Assembly (NCBI GenBank): GCA_021613535.1
Contig: CP075496.1
Location: 6,014,001 to 6,078,000 of the forward strand
Direction: 5' to 3'
Source of the DNA: Adineta vaga
Lineage: Eukaryota > Animalia > Rotifera
DNA: 64,000 bases
Part shown: piece by piece, positions 26,878 through 39,759 of the stretch
How the letters are laid out: the number at the start of each line of letters is the position of its first letter
Numbering within the stretch: position 1 is the stretch's first letter
Notes under the pieces: generated by a model
The model's database searches: none
What the model was told of the DNA's origin: nothing
Seen by the model: only the letters and a program-made list of their open reading frames with translations
Translations under genes and position numbers: made by a program

Positions 26878-29780
26878 CTAACCCAAAACAGAATTGTCAC
26901 ATGTTGATGGGAGTAGACTATTATGTGTTACTTGATCAACTGAAGTAAAAACAACTTTCACACCACCTTTACTTGTTGCCATAACATCACCCTGAAAAGA
27001 AAATTGTCATTTTTCTTTCATTGATCGAATTACATTAGAACTATTTTACTTGGAATAATTGAACAGTATCTTCAGCGCGATGTTCAATGGCATATTTTGT
27101 TGCACTCAATAATTTCGACATAGCATTGAAATGATTTGTAACAAGTTGTAAAGGATTCGGCAACGAAGTTCGCAATTTAATTCCTAGCAAAAGAAAAGAG
27201 AAAATGGGGAAAATCCTTTCGAAATAATTAGTATTAAACCATTGTTAATTGCTGATGAATCAGTTATATGATGTAGCCAACGTTCTCGACCAACACGATC
27301 AGCTGAAGATGAACGTTTAAGTAAATGTTCTTCTTTCAATGGTGCACGTTTTGTAATTGTTGTTGGCGTTGCTGTTGGCACGGTACGGGAGTTAAGAGCA
27401 GATGATGCTCGTTGTTGGACATCGACATGAGAATTCGAACGAGAATATTTTCGTGATAAACGTGTTTTATTTGATTTAGCTGATGCAATATTTGTTACAG
27501 TTTGTGTCGAAGGTAGTGGAAGTGGTGGCGGTGGTCGTCGATTCGAAATACTAGTATTTAATCTGGTTTCTGTTGTAGCTGGTACTTCTTGTTCAATAGA
27601 TGGAGAAAGTTTTGTTGTACGTTGAATGCGTGGTGGAATACGCGGTGGTACTTTTTGATGTAGTTGAGATAAGCCTGTACTTGGAGTCATCGGATAAGTA
27701 ATAAATGAAGGAGTTTCTTCTGACCGATTAGACATTACGAGTCGAGAAGATGATGCTGGTCGTGATGGAGGAATAGATTGAGCTGTATCTAAAATTTGAT
27801 TATCAAATAGAACAAAAAAAATTCTTCTACTTTATTTACTAGGAATATAATTAAATGATCGGTTTGGAGTGTTGTTCATTGTTTGATATTGTGATTGACG
27901 AGAATGATGAGTATTGATTGAATTTAATGTTGTTGTTGATGACGGTATTTGTGTAACTGATCGTGGTGTTGATTGAGCAAGTGGAGTTGAAGTTGGTACA
28001 TGTTGTGATATATTCGTTCGATCTGAATGATGTATCGAAGTTGAATAATGTATAGGTGGTGGACGTGGTGGTCGATGATGATGATCATCATCTCGTGTTA
28101 CATGTTTTTCGTCATTTCGACCCAAATAAACAAGATATTGATTAGCTTGGAGGCTCATTAACCATCTAATATCATGCTAAAATAACAAAACCAAATCTTC
28201 TTTTCTCTCAGATCAAAACGTCAATGAAGAAAAAAAGGATTTACGAGAGTATCTTCTGCATCATGACTACTTGCTGATGCACATAGAAGCATTTTGATCG
28301 GTGTAAATTGTTGAAGTTGTTGATTTTGAAGAGGAAATTGATTTAGAAAATCTTGTAAATGATTCGAGAATTGATGCTAAATAAATACAAATTTCAATGA
28401 AAAATGAAAAACAAATTGCCTAATCTTACTGTTTGATTTTTCGGTGGTACAATAAAATCTTTGACAGCTTTCAAATCTAAAACGATTTGTTTTCAAATTC
28501 ACAAAACAATACATAGTCTTTTTCTATTCTTTTTATACCTGCTGCATTTTTATTGGTCGGTAAATCGATAAAAGTCAATTGACTAACAATCGGTGTAACA
28601 GTCTAAAAAGCAATTCAAATTTTCTTTCTTTTCAAATAAATATCATTCTTCGTACTTCTGGATTATCTGATTTTCGTGCTTGTACTAAACGAATCGTATA
28701 CAATCGTGTGGAATTTTCTTTCATTGGTATTTTATTTGTATCAAATAATTTTCGTCGTGCTTTACGTGCATCATCAAATTCAATTTCCATACATGTTTGA
28801 GGTGTATCGAATAAATCATTATTTAAACCTTCAGTAAACATTTTTAATAGATCATTTGTAATCGAATTTGAATGAGTGGAATTGATTTCCATAGCAGATA
28901 TAAATATCGTATAAATATAATCATCGTCAATACCTGATACATTCGATGTTTGATCAAGAATAGATCTGAAATAATCAATTGAGTTTCAACGAAAAGAATA
29001 CAACATTTCGGTGTTTTTTTTTCTCTTACTTTTCTAAAATACTTGTATGTGTCATATTACCAAGAATATTTCTGCTCACTTTAGGCAGTAAATCTCGTTG
29101 ATGACGGTCAAACATAGCTTGAGCATCGGATTGAATTTGATAGGTATTATGACCAACAGGTCTAAAATGCTATTTAATATTTAATAGAATCGTTTGGAAA
29201 CCATGGTATAAATGAAATATTCTTACGTATTTTAATGCACGATGCTCACCAATACTATTATAAAGTGCATTGATAGTTAAAGCTATTAAACCTGTATCTT
29301 TACTTTCACCAAAGAGAATATCATTTCGATATCTTTTATTTCGACCAGTAACAAAAAGAAGTGCTAAAAATAAAATAAAAAAAAGATGGAAGAATAAAAT
29401 TACGATCATTAGTTATAAGTTTACTGCTTCGTCCTCGAACAAGATCAGCAATAGCTGGTCGAGCAAATCGATCGTAAATTTCGCCTGTTGTACCTTCACC
29501 CCATATATGTTCAAAATGAAATGCCGGCTACAAAGAAAGTTCTTATATCTAAGAAAATCAAATTCATTCAACTGACTTTATCATCAAGTAAAAATTGACT
29601 TTCATGATTTCCAATAATTTTAAATGTCTTTGTATGTTCATGTTTTCCTAATTTTGGTATATTACAAAAAGTCTTAGAAAACAAAAGAAAAAATCAATAT
29701 TCTATTGTTTTTATGATAGAAATTACTTGAATCGGTTTTGCTCGGAGATCATCTAATGTTTTAGTAATTGTTGATTTCAT
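26878..29780 (-). CDS. Kinesin-6 (MKLP1/KIF23/pavarotti)-like protein with degenerate nucleotide-binding motifs and a C-terminal Arf6-binding-type domain
   Basis: The motor region aligns by eye with MKLP1 (DLVRGRSTLLF; NSIGEHRALKYHF; IRLVQA; SQLTFIDL). The C-terminus (RSSSA...RWLHH...GDVMATSKGGVKVVFTSVD) resembles the MKLP1 tail. Confidence 0.8.
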
Positions 29781-30324
29781 GATGGCTTCTCTCTAGAAAA
29801 TAAAAAATCGATTTAAACATATCGACGGAGAAGCTCACAGTTTGGAAAAGAATAAATAACGATAAATAGAAAAGAAGAGAAAGAAAAAAGAAATCGAGGC
29901 ATTTGATCTATACATATGTCTAGAATACATATCGCAAATCTAGTGGATAAAACACGTGTTTTAGAGAATAAAAAGAGAGCATTGTCTTGACATACATGAT
30001 TTACATTTCATTTAATAAATAATTACTAAATTTAAAAGAAAACGAATGCTAATCAATTCGATGAATATTTTGTTTCACTGTATAGATGTCATATGTTCAT
30101 TGTAAGTGTATTTGAGTACGTGAAGTTTTTTTTCTCTTCAGATGAATATATATGTATTTATTTCAATATGAAAATAGTTCACAAAAACAATGCATTTTTA
30201 TTAGTATCAGTCAAAAACAAAAACAGAGAAAGCACCGTTTCACATATACAAAAAAAAAGCTAAAATAGAGAATAAGATTTTCAGCACAAGAGACATTTAC
30301 TAATATTTCATGACTTGTTTATTA

Positions 30325-31684
30325 TCACAATTTTGACACCTGGTTATTTATCAGATTCTACAAGAGAAGAACAAAGAAATATTTACGAAAGATTCATATT
30401 GCTTACTTGTTTAATGAGTAAAAGTAATTGATTTTCTTTTTCTAATTGCTCACATCGTTGTTTAACATCCTTTTCAGTTAAAGAAAGAATGTATTCAACA
30501 GTATATTTTTCAAATAATTCATCATCAAATGTTTTCTTTTCTTGTCGCATATTTTCTATTTCTCGAACTAATATCTTCACATCATGATAAAGTTTATCTA
30601 AAATTTCACTTGTTGAACCAATTTGTTCACTACGTAATCGATTGATTTGAGTAGTTAAACGTTCATGTTCAGTTTTTAAATGTATGATTTCATTATTAAT
30701 TGTCGGTTGTTCAATTGATGGAGAAATAAGTGATTGAACTTCTTGAATTAATAGTTCATTTGCAGTTTTAAGACGATTGATTTCATCATTTGTGGAATAT
30801 TTTTCTGTTGTAAACATTTCTGACGCGCGAGTTTTTGTTGAAGATCGTTGCTGTTTTGTACACAGTTGATCGAAATCAGTTGAAGGATGTTCCCGACGTT
30901 TTAAATTAGATTTTGAGATTTCTTCTGTTGTAGGAGATTGAGTTTTATTATAATTATCGGAGACATATTTTCGAACAGTGAGATTAATTTTACTAATTAT
31001 ATGTGGTTTATCGTTTATCAGTTGATCGACGCGATCAAAGTCAGCTACAAATAAACATTTTTTTTTGTTTTTTTGTTTAGTCTGAATGTATTTAAGTTAG
31101 TAAAGATCAATCTATTTCTCTTTAATACAACTTACTAAAAACTAAATAAGCACATGGACGATTATGATGAGTGTCTATCTGACATGTGCGAACTGTACCA
31201 TATCTACAGAAATAATCACTAAATAAGAATAAAATATGGAGAAAATAAAAGAATTTATTGTTTCAAATCAATAAGAAAAATTTACCGAAGGATTTGTTCA
31301 TCGAATATTTGTTTATCATTTGAATTATCTGATGTTGTAATGAAAATTTTATTTGTCAATCTCCATTCTTCATCAGGAGCAATACAACGTCTTACTTTTA
31401 CTAAAAATCTATCTTTATGAATTGATTCTTAATAAAAATCAATCTATTCTACCTGATTGACCATCGATACGATGAGGACGATTATCCATAAAACGATTGA
31501 CTGATTGTTCTTGTTTAAATACAAGATTATATCCACGCATGATACCTTGTGGATTAATCGCCTTATTACAATAATTAACATGTCCATATTTTTCACAATA
31601 ACTAGTAACCATTTCTTTTGTTGTTGATGATCGTATTCCACGAATTAATACACAGAAACGAATATCATTCTGTTTTATATTCAT
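30325..31684 (-). CDS. Divergent hnRNP A/B-like tandem-RRM protein with coiled-coil C-terminus
   Basis: FMDNRPHRIDGQSVKVRR and DKPHIISKINLTVRK mirror the RRM ends of the adjacent hnRNP A. RNP motifs are degenerate and the C-terminus is heptad-rich. Confidence 0.75.
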
Positions 31685-33478
31685 ATTGATGATGAGAATG
31701 ATCAACTAGTTTGTCTTATCTGAAAGTAATTTATTCTCTATTGCTTATGATTTAAGAATTTCAAATCAATAATTATATAATCCATAGTATTACAAATTTA
31801 TTTATAAAAAAAAAACAACAATAAAAAAGTAAATATCTCTATAATTCACTGTTTTGAATCATTACATACAACAGCGAGAGAGAGAATTATATACTATATC
31901 ACAAAATAAGATTCTTCAAAAACTAAACCTCAGCAATTGTATCTGTACGTATTTGATTGTATATATCTTGAAAAAAAAGATCTTGTAAACCTAGGAATAG
32001 AAGATAAATGATTATCAAAAATTTCATTAAAACTTAATATTCTTTCGTATTTCACTTCTAATTTATTGTTATATTATATTACTTAGAAGATAATATCTTT
32101 CAAATATACATATTAAATCTGCTTTGCTTATCGTTAAGATAAAAATATGTCTTGTATTTTTTTCCTGGTTATTCAGCTTACTTCTATTCATAGATTTTTA
32201 TACATCTGACTAGAAAATACTAATGCCAAACCATTGTCTATACATATATTGCCATTCTAAATACAACGTTTGGGTGTAACACACTATTTTTTTGACAATC
32301 TGTTCTGATATAAAGAAACTATATTTATATTAGATAAAAGATAAATAATTAAGTTAATCTTAAAAGATACAATATTAAATATACATACCGATATGTTACT
32401 TTGCTTCTTATTCTGAATAAATAACACTTTCCATCAACAGATGTTTGAAAATTGATGTATACTGCTGCTGAATCGCCTAAGCGATTTGTTAGCTAAACTA
32501 TTCGATAGATTTGAAAATCATAATCTCTCTTCAATAGAAGAGACTAAATGGTAAGTATTCACTTCTTTCACTGTAATCTGCCGAAATATATGTATGTACA
32601 CTTACGCTAAATAATATAGGCTAGAAATTTACAAACATAAAGCAAAATATTAATTTAAAAAAAGGAAGCATTTTATATTTATAGATCTTTTGAATCGTTT
32701 TTACACTTAGAAATCTATTAAACGTGCAATAAAATTAATTCTTGTTCCTATAAAATAAAATAAGTAAATATTTGATATCACTGTTCAACTGCCGACTTCT
32801 TAACATAACTAGAAAAGAAGCATGATATGATTATTAATAATACTTAACATTTCTTTCTTAAATTGATCATATAATATTAAATAATCAGATTGATTGACAT
32901 CTATGTCTTCTAATCTGGAGTAGGAACTTATATACTCCTAAACTTAAACTTACGAATAATTGTCGAATATAAATTTCGCACATGTATTTAAGAGCAAGAG
33001 GCACAAATGAAAAAAAACATAGTGACTTATACAACTGATGTGATACACGACAAGAACAAAGGAAAACAAAAAAAACAAACAGTACAGATTAGGACACTTT
33101 CTGATTTAATCTTGTTCTTTGTAATGTCAGTCTAGAGTAAAACATATTTAAACTCTAACTGATGTTGTACAGTAATTATTAAACTGAAAAATATGTATAC
33201 CTATATATGTCTATATATATATATATATAATATAGCTGTATTCTTGTATTCTAACTAATTCTGAGGAAAGGTAACTGTCTTTGTTTTGTTTTTTTGAGTA
33301 GATTATTAGTTTGGTAGATAATAATGACGACAAAAGATATACGGGTAAGTGAAATAGAAAACTACAACAAAAAGAAATCGAAGAAAAATGCTTTACACAC
33401 GTCCAATATGGATGTCATTTTTATTTGAATATTTCTTCCAAATTTTCTCCTTAAACACATACCACACTTGAATCTTTT

Positions 33479-35258
33479 TTATTGTCCACGACCACGACCG
33501 CGACCACCACCGCCGCGACCGCCCCCTCCACCACGGCCACCGCGTGATGGATATGGAGCTGGACGATTACCATAACTACTATCGCCACCCGAAGAACCAC
33601 TATAATTACCACCACTTCAAAAAGCGAACGAAAGAAAATGATATGCATTCTGAAAAACATCAAATACTTACCCTCTTCCGCCACGCATAGGGCCTCCACC
33701 ACGAGATTGTTGTTGAGGCATACTATTATAATTTCCACTACCATAATTTTGTGAAGTAATTCCATATGAATTGGAATTATCATAAGGTGTTGAGCCGGAT
33801 GAAAGATTATTATAACTACTATTTCCACTAGATGATGGTGGTGGTGGTGGAGGCGGTAAATTGAACGGATTATTCATATTACCGAAACTGTTTGGATTAT
33901 TACCAAAACTTTGTTGCTGATTTTGTCCGTATGATGATGGATTCGATTGCATATAATTTGATGTTGATGGTTGATTTGAATTCATATTAAACGGCATATT
34001 GGAATTGTTATTATACATATCATAATTCATCATTGATGGTGGTTGAGATGGAGGTGGTGGAGGTGGAGGTGGTGGTTGACTTTGACCCATTTGGTTAAAT
34101 GGTTGAGGATAACCGCTAGTAGACGTCATAGAAGGATTAAAACCAGATGTATTAGAATTGTAACCTCCCTGTTGACCATAGGGTCCAGTAGGTGGTTGAT
34201 TATAATTTGGATTTGGATTATTCATACGTGACATTGTACCTTGATTATCCCAAGTACCATTACCACTATTATAATTATCTCTCATAGATCCAAAATTATT
34301 TCGTGGTTGATTTGAAGTAGGAGATGCTGTATTTGATCCGGAATAGTTAGAAGAACTATTTCGATTAAATGGTGGCATGCCTGCTCCGCCGCCGTTGCCA
34401 CCACCACCACCACCACCACCAGTATTGCTACCTGACTCTTCTTGCATTTTTTCTTTCGGTACAGCTTTCTTCACATCTAAATTTCGTCCATTGATTATAT
34501 GTGGTTTTTCGAGAACAGCTTTATCAACAGCATCGTAATCATCAAATGTGACGAATGCAAAGCCACGTGGTTTTCCTAAAAATAACACATAAAGAAAAGA
34601 AAATAATTTTCATTGACAATGAATAAAATATACCATCACGATCTTTCATGACCAGAACTTCCATAATATTACCAAAACGTGAGAAATGTTGTCGAAGACT
34701 ATCTTCATTAATACCTTCTCGTAGACCAGCAACGAATAATTTTTTCACAGTTAAATGAGCTTCGGTACTGTTTTGTTCTTCTCGTGGCACTACAAAGAAA
34801 AATAATTTTTTTTATTCAATTCAATTCAATTATGATTTATATTGCTATACTGGCTCGTTTTGGATCAATCTGTCGATTATCAATGGTATGAGGTCTTGAA
34901 CGCATAAAATCTTCTACAGATGATGTATCTAAATAATATTCATCATTTATTTCATATATTTTTCAACTTTATTATGTCTACCTTCATAAGTAACAAATCC
35001 GAAACCACGAGATTTGCCTTCTGCATTTCGCATAACGAGACAGTCTGTCATTTTACCAAAACGTGAACAAAATGCTCGTAATGTATCATCGGTTGTGCTT
35101 TAAAAAAGAATAGAAAAGTTTATGTTTATTCTAGTTTTTTTTGTCGATCTAATTTTGTATTCTTACTGATAACTTAAACCACCAAGAAATATTTTTCGAT
35201 TCTGATCACCTGATGACAAATTCGGATTAGTTGAACCACCGTATCCTTGATGAACCAT
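33479..35258 (-). CDS. hnRNP A1/A2-B1 family protein (2 RRMs, N/G/Q/Y prion-like domain, RGG tail)
   Basis: [10 protein letters not shown]; [10 protein letters not shown]; [20 protein letters not shown]; [12 protein letters not shown]; [18 protein letters not shown]. Confidence 0.93.
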
Positions 35259-35508
35259 TTTAATGAAAACAAAGACAAAAACGAAACGAACTATCTAAAG
35301 AGGATTATATAAACTGCCTATCGGTCTGTTCGTTCTCAATCAATGATATAATAAACACATTGATGTGATGTGACATTGACGGAAAAAATAGCCATTATTT
35401 AGAACATTGAAAAGGACTGTTGACCTCCGTTAAAATATTGCATCCGTTTTCTTTCGATAGATGTCGTTTTATATCAGTCGTTTTCCTATTCGATCGTGCA
35501 TTTGTCTT

Positions 35509-35523
35509 GTTGTCCATAACGAC
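35509..35523. promoter_or_regulatory. X-box-like motif in the hnRNP A / CSTPP1 bidirectional promoter
   Basis: GTTGTCCATAACGAC is an imperfect RFX palindrome ~55 bp upstream of the CSTPP1 ATG. Confidence 0.4.
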
Positions 35524-35576
35524 TTTATACGTTCAAATTTTAACACGAAAAACTTAAATTAATGATTTGATTTTAA

Positions 35577-36665
35577 ATGGCTGAGAGTTTTTCAGAAGAA
35601 CAAACATATTTAAAACAACATCATTTGATTATTTACTTCGAAGATTGTGTACGAAGTCTTCTAGATGCTCGACGTCGATCTTCTTCATTAACTCCAGCCA
35701 AATTTGATATTAATATTCATTTAAGAGATTACTTTTCACAAATTAAACGTGAATTACATGTTGTTGGTCGTGAATATACATTTATTAATAGTACGCCTTA
35801 TAATCGTCGTGCATTACTTACTCATATATGGTCAAAATATGAGACAGCTATTCCAACTCCTGGAACATTGAAAGAATTACATACATTAATTCTCACTATT
35901 TGTCCAGATTTCCCATATTCTCTCTTAGAAACAAGTGCTACATTACTTGACGATATGAATTGGTCGTTATCAGTCGATTACATTGCATATTTACGTGCAT
36001 TTCAATTAAAATTTGTATATAGTGAATTTATTTATGAATCTCAACAATTATTTCGTTCATTATCACATCGTTTAACATGTCATGTTCCAACAGCTGAAAC
36101 AAGTATTCCACAAGAAAATCATGATCAACGACAATTATTATCGGAAGGATTTCAAAAATTAATAACAACAAATACATGTCCTTGCCCACCAATGAATATA
36201 TTAGATGAAGTTTTAGTTTCTTTAGAACAAAAAAAACAATTAAATCATCAAAAATTTCTAATGCAATTAGCTAAAAGTGAGAAATTAACTAGATCTATTG
36301 GTAAGGAACCAGTTATTATTAAACCATCACATTTAATTCAATCCCAACGGTCTATTATTGAACCAATTGCATCAGTACAAAATGAAACAAAATTGACATT
36401 AACATCAATTCCAACATCAACAACACATTTATTACCACCATTACCAAAACAACAAGGACTTGTTCGAGAAAGACCAATTAGACATGGTTCAGCAGCATCT
36501 GGAATCATTTCAAGTAATGCTAGTCGACGTGCAGATTCGGCAACATCATTTATTGCTTCATCTATTTCACCAAAATCATCACGTCCACTAACAAATATTA
36601 CCAAACAAAACATCAGTGACACTGAAACTGAGGTTGAATCAGTTTCATCTGATACAGATACATAA
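35577..36665 (+). CDS. CSTPP1: Centriolar satellite-associated tubulin polyglutamylase complex regulator (C11orf49/UPF0705); intronless
   Basis: YLKQHHLIIYFEDCV...HVVGREYTFINSTPYNR...ICPDFP...AFQLKFVYSEF match C11orf49 motifs. Confidence 0.85.
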   Translation: MAESFSEEQTYLKQHHLIIYFEDCVRSLLDARRRSSSLTPAKFDINIHLRDYFSQIKRELHVVGREYTFINSTPYNRRALLTHIWSKYETAIPTPGTLKELHTLILTICPDFPYSLLETSATLLDDMNWSLSVDYIAYLRAFQLKFVYSEFIYESQQLFRSLSHRLTCHVPTAETSIPQENHDQRQLLSEGFQKLITTNTCPCPPMNILDEVLVSLEQKKQLNHQKFLMQLAKSEKLTRSIGKEPVIIKPSHLIQSQRSIIEPIASVQNETKLTLTSIPTSTTHLLPPLPKQQGLVRERPIRHGSAASGIISSNASRRADSATSFIASSISPKSSRPLTNITKQNISDTETEVESVSSDTDT

Positions 36666-36783
36666 TGAAATAAATATCTATTAGAATATTTTTCTATTTA
36701 AATCTATCTATCTATATATCTTCGATCGTTTTATGCTTGAAAGTTATTTTCTAGATATTTGTTGTTGTTTGGATTGAATTATC

Positions 36784-38195
36784 ATGGCATCTCCGATGAA
36801 TTTAGAAGAACGATTTGATCGTGCAGTTAAAACTATTCAAAACTTACCAGCAGACGGTGAGATTATAAAATAGAATAGAAAAGTTTTATAATCGAAGTCA
36901 TAAATTGTGAATCTACCTCTAATGAATAAACTTTCATTTTAATTCTTTTCAGGCATAATTCAACCATCCAATCTAACAAAATTGATATTCTATGGTCTCT
37001 ATAAACAAGCCATGCTCGGACCTTGTAAAGAATCACGACCATCCATCCTAAACTATATCGGTCGAGCGAAATGGTATGATAACGATTCAAGATTTTAGAT
37101 GAACTTATTATTTTATTCAGGGAAGCATGGGACAGATGTCGATCGATGACAAAAGAACAAGCAATGTTAGCATATATTGATGAAATTCGAAAAGTAAATT
37201 AAAACTAATAGATAAATTTGAAACATGTTCGTATCCATCAGATCATTGAAACTATGCCTGAAACAAATGAACTACTAGAATTTGCACAATCGATGGGATT
37301 CTCCAGTAGATCTGTTGAAGATGAATTGATTATCTCAAATCTTTCATCAACAACAACATCAGCCTCTTCTTTATCGTCGTCTTCATCACCATTAGTTTCT
37401 GGTAATTAAAACAATTGACTTCTTTCTCTGTCTATTGCTTATTATATATTATGTAGATATAGATGATTATTATGACGATGCTACTGATTTAGTTGTACCT
37501 TCTCATAATCAACTAATATCCGATGATTCTAATTCGGTAAATTTATAAATAGAAGAAAAAACAAAGTGTCTTAAACAAAAATATATCCATTCATATAGGA
37601 ACAAACAGTAAAACCAATAACTTTACCCAATCAATCTTCACACAGTCGTAGAACAAATAATCGTTCAAATCTCTTAGTTTATTCTCAGCATTCAGCTAAT
37701 ATTGTTCGACATTCGACGTCATTGGTTCCACTAAATGATCCTAGTAAAGAAACACAACGTGCAATATTAACTGCATTGACAAAATTACAACGAGATATAC
37801 ATAATATATTAGAAAGACTCAATCGATTAGAAACATTAACATATCTTCTTCAACAAGTTAGAAAAAGTGTTTAAAACAAAGTTTTATTCATTTGTTTTTC
37901 TTTATTTTTCAGAAAGAATTGATGGCAACGTCACAAACAGATGTAAATGATGATCTGTTTCAATTCTATTCTGAATCTTTCTTTCTTTTTATTACAGTCT
38001 TCATCATGGTGGATGCCATTATCTAATTTTCGTCGTGGTACTACGGCATTTATATTACTTTGGCCATTTCTTGCCTTTTTTCTTATTCGGTTATTTCAAC
38101 GTGCGAAAATAATTATTCGGTAATGTTCTTTCAACTTTCCTTTTATTTCTCATTATGTTTTTCTATATTCTAGTTTTCGTCGTCAACATCTTTAA
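36784..38195 (+). CDS. ACBD5: Acyl-CoA-binding domain protein of ACBD4/5 type (ACB, FFAT-like motif, coiled coil, tail anchor)
   Basis: FDRAVKTIQNLP...FYGLYKQA...KWEAW; acidic DDYYDDA; LQRDIHNILERLNRLE; AFILLWPF TM segment with basic tail. Confidence 0.82.
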
Positions 38196-38333
38196 ACATC
38201 TAATGTGAAGATGTATCCATTTTTGCTATATTTTTCCTATGTGATTTTTATATTTATTTTATATATATATAAACAAAATGCATGTGCAATAGATTGATAG
38301 TTCCGAACAGTTTATTTTAATCGATATTTTTAG

Positions 38334-39116
38334 ATGGCAACAATAACTAGTGGTGGTGATAGCGAACATTTAGGTATACCCAAAGCAGTGTTCGTTGAAG
38401 ATGTTGATAGTTTTATGCAACAACCAGAGAATGATTCTGCTGATACTGTAATTCGCCGGTAAGGATAGCGGGGAAAATTCTCTTTTTTTTGTAATTTGGA
38501 GATTAAGACACGTGTTGTTTCGTTTAGACTTGATGATTTAAATAGTAAATATCGATTTATGGAAATGAATTTATTACAAAAGAAGAAACGTTTACGGGGA
38601 AAATTACCGGATATTCAAATCTGTTTAGGTAAAATTCATTTGATTATATACTTTGACCGCATCGATCAGTTTGTTGTAGATATGATTGAACAACTTCGTA
38701 ATTATCGAGAAAAAGATACGAATATGGAAACAAATTTTCTGCTTGCTCATAATTTATATGGAAAAGCAACAATTCCACCAACAGAAAAAGTACAAATCAA
38801 TGTCTCTTATATAGATATCATATTCATTTACTTTTCGATTGTTTTAGGTTTGTTTATGGTTAGGTGCTAATGTTATGCTTGAATATCCTATCGATGAGGC
38901 CGATGAATTATTACGTGGAAATCAAAAGACAGCGCAAAGTACTCTTCAAAAAGTTGATGAAGATCTTGATTTCTTAAGGTAAGAAAATATACAAATCTAT
39001 CAATTGATCGTCTTCTATTCATAATCAATAGAGATCAAATTACTACAACCGAAGTAAACATGGCTCGTTTACATAATTGGGCTGTTAAGCAAAAACAACA
39101 GCAGAACAAAAAATAA
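38334..39116 (+). CDS. VBP1: Prefoldin subunit 3
   Basis: GIPKAVFVEDVDSFM; KVCLWLGANVMLEY; DLDFLRDQITTTEVNMAR. Confidence 0.95.
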
Positions 39117-39759
39117 TAGAAACTCTAGTTAACTAGTCTTGTTTACAGATTCCACGGACGTTGTGTGGTTTTCTTTATACTCTATGTCATGTCTTGTTCT
39201 TGTTAATCACGTTTGTTTAGTTGTCCGTTTATATTGAATAACTTTTTTTTTCATCGATAAAAACAAATTGTCTATCTGTATTGGACTAGACTTTAAACAG
39301 CTTGTTATAAAAATATATAGACATTTTTACATTTTATTGATTTCATTTGTTCTTTAATATAAAACTGAAAAGTTGAACTCAAAACTTTTGAAGAAATTCG
39401 GATAAGTAAGTAGACACAAAAACTGCATAGCGGAGAATAGTCGCATTCAATTTACAATTTTCGATTACGAATTTTATTATTTCGATAGATGTCACATATC
39501 GACTAATCTATTTCATTAACTAAATTATTTCAATAACTAATTTCTGATAATCTATGATAAATAATTGTGTAAATATTTATTTTTCTATTTATTTTTTCAG
39601 TAAAACAATGTTCACGTCGAAATGAACCTATCAGAACGGCATTCTTTTTATTCACACAATGTTCTTTGTGTTTTCTCTTTCATAAAAGCTATCAGACAAA
39701 ATATATATCATCTTAACTAACTATCAGATTCGTTTTGTTATCAAAGGAAAAATTATACA

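Noticed and set aside
32535-32572. U1-like ATACTTACC and miR-71-like TGAAAGA on the minus strand
   Set aside because: The matches stop after 7-9 nt and no remaining U1 or miR-71 sequence is present.
36338-36622. Antisense and shadow ORFs (also 3006-3302, 10050-10298, 13650-14021, 33451-33828, 34043-34231, 51280-51636)
   Set aside because: These are alternative-frame or opposite-strand by-products of real coding exons.
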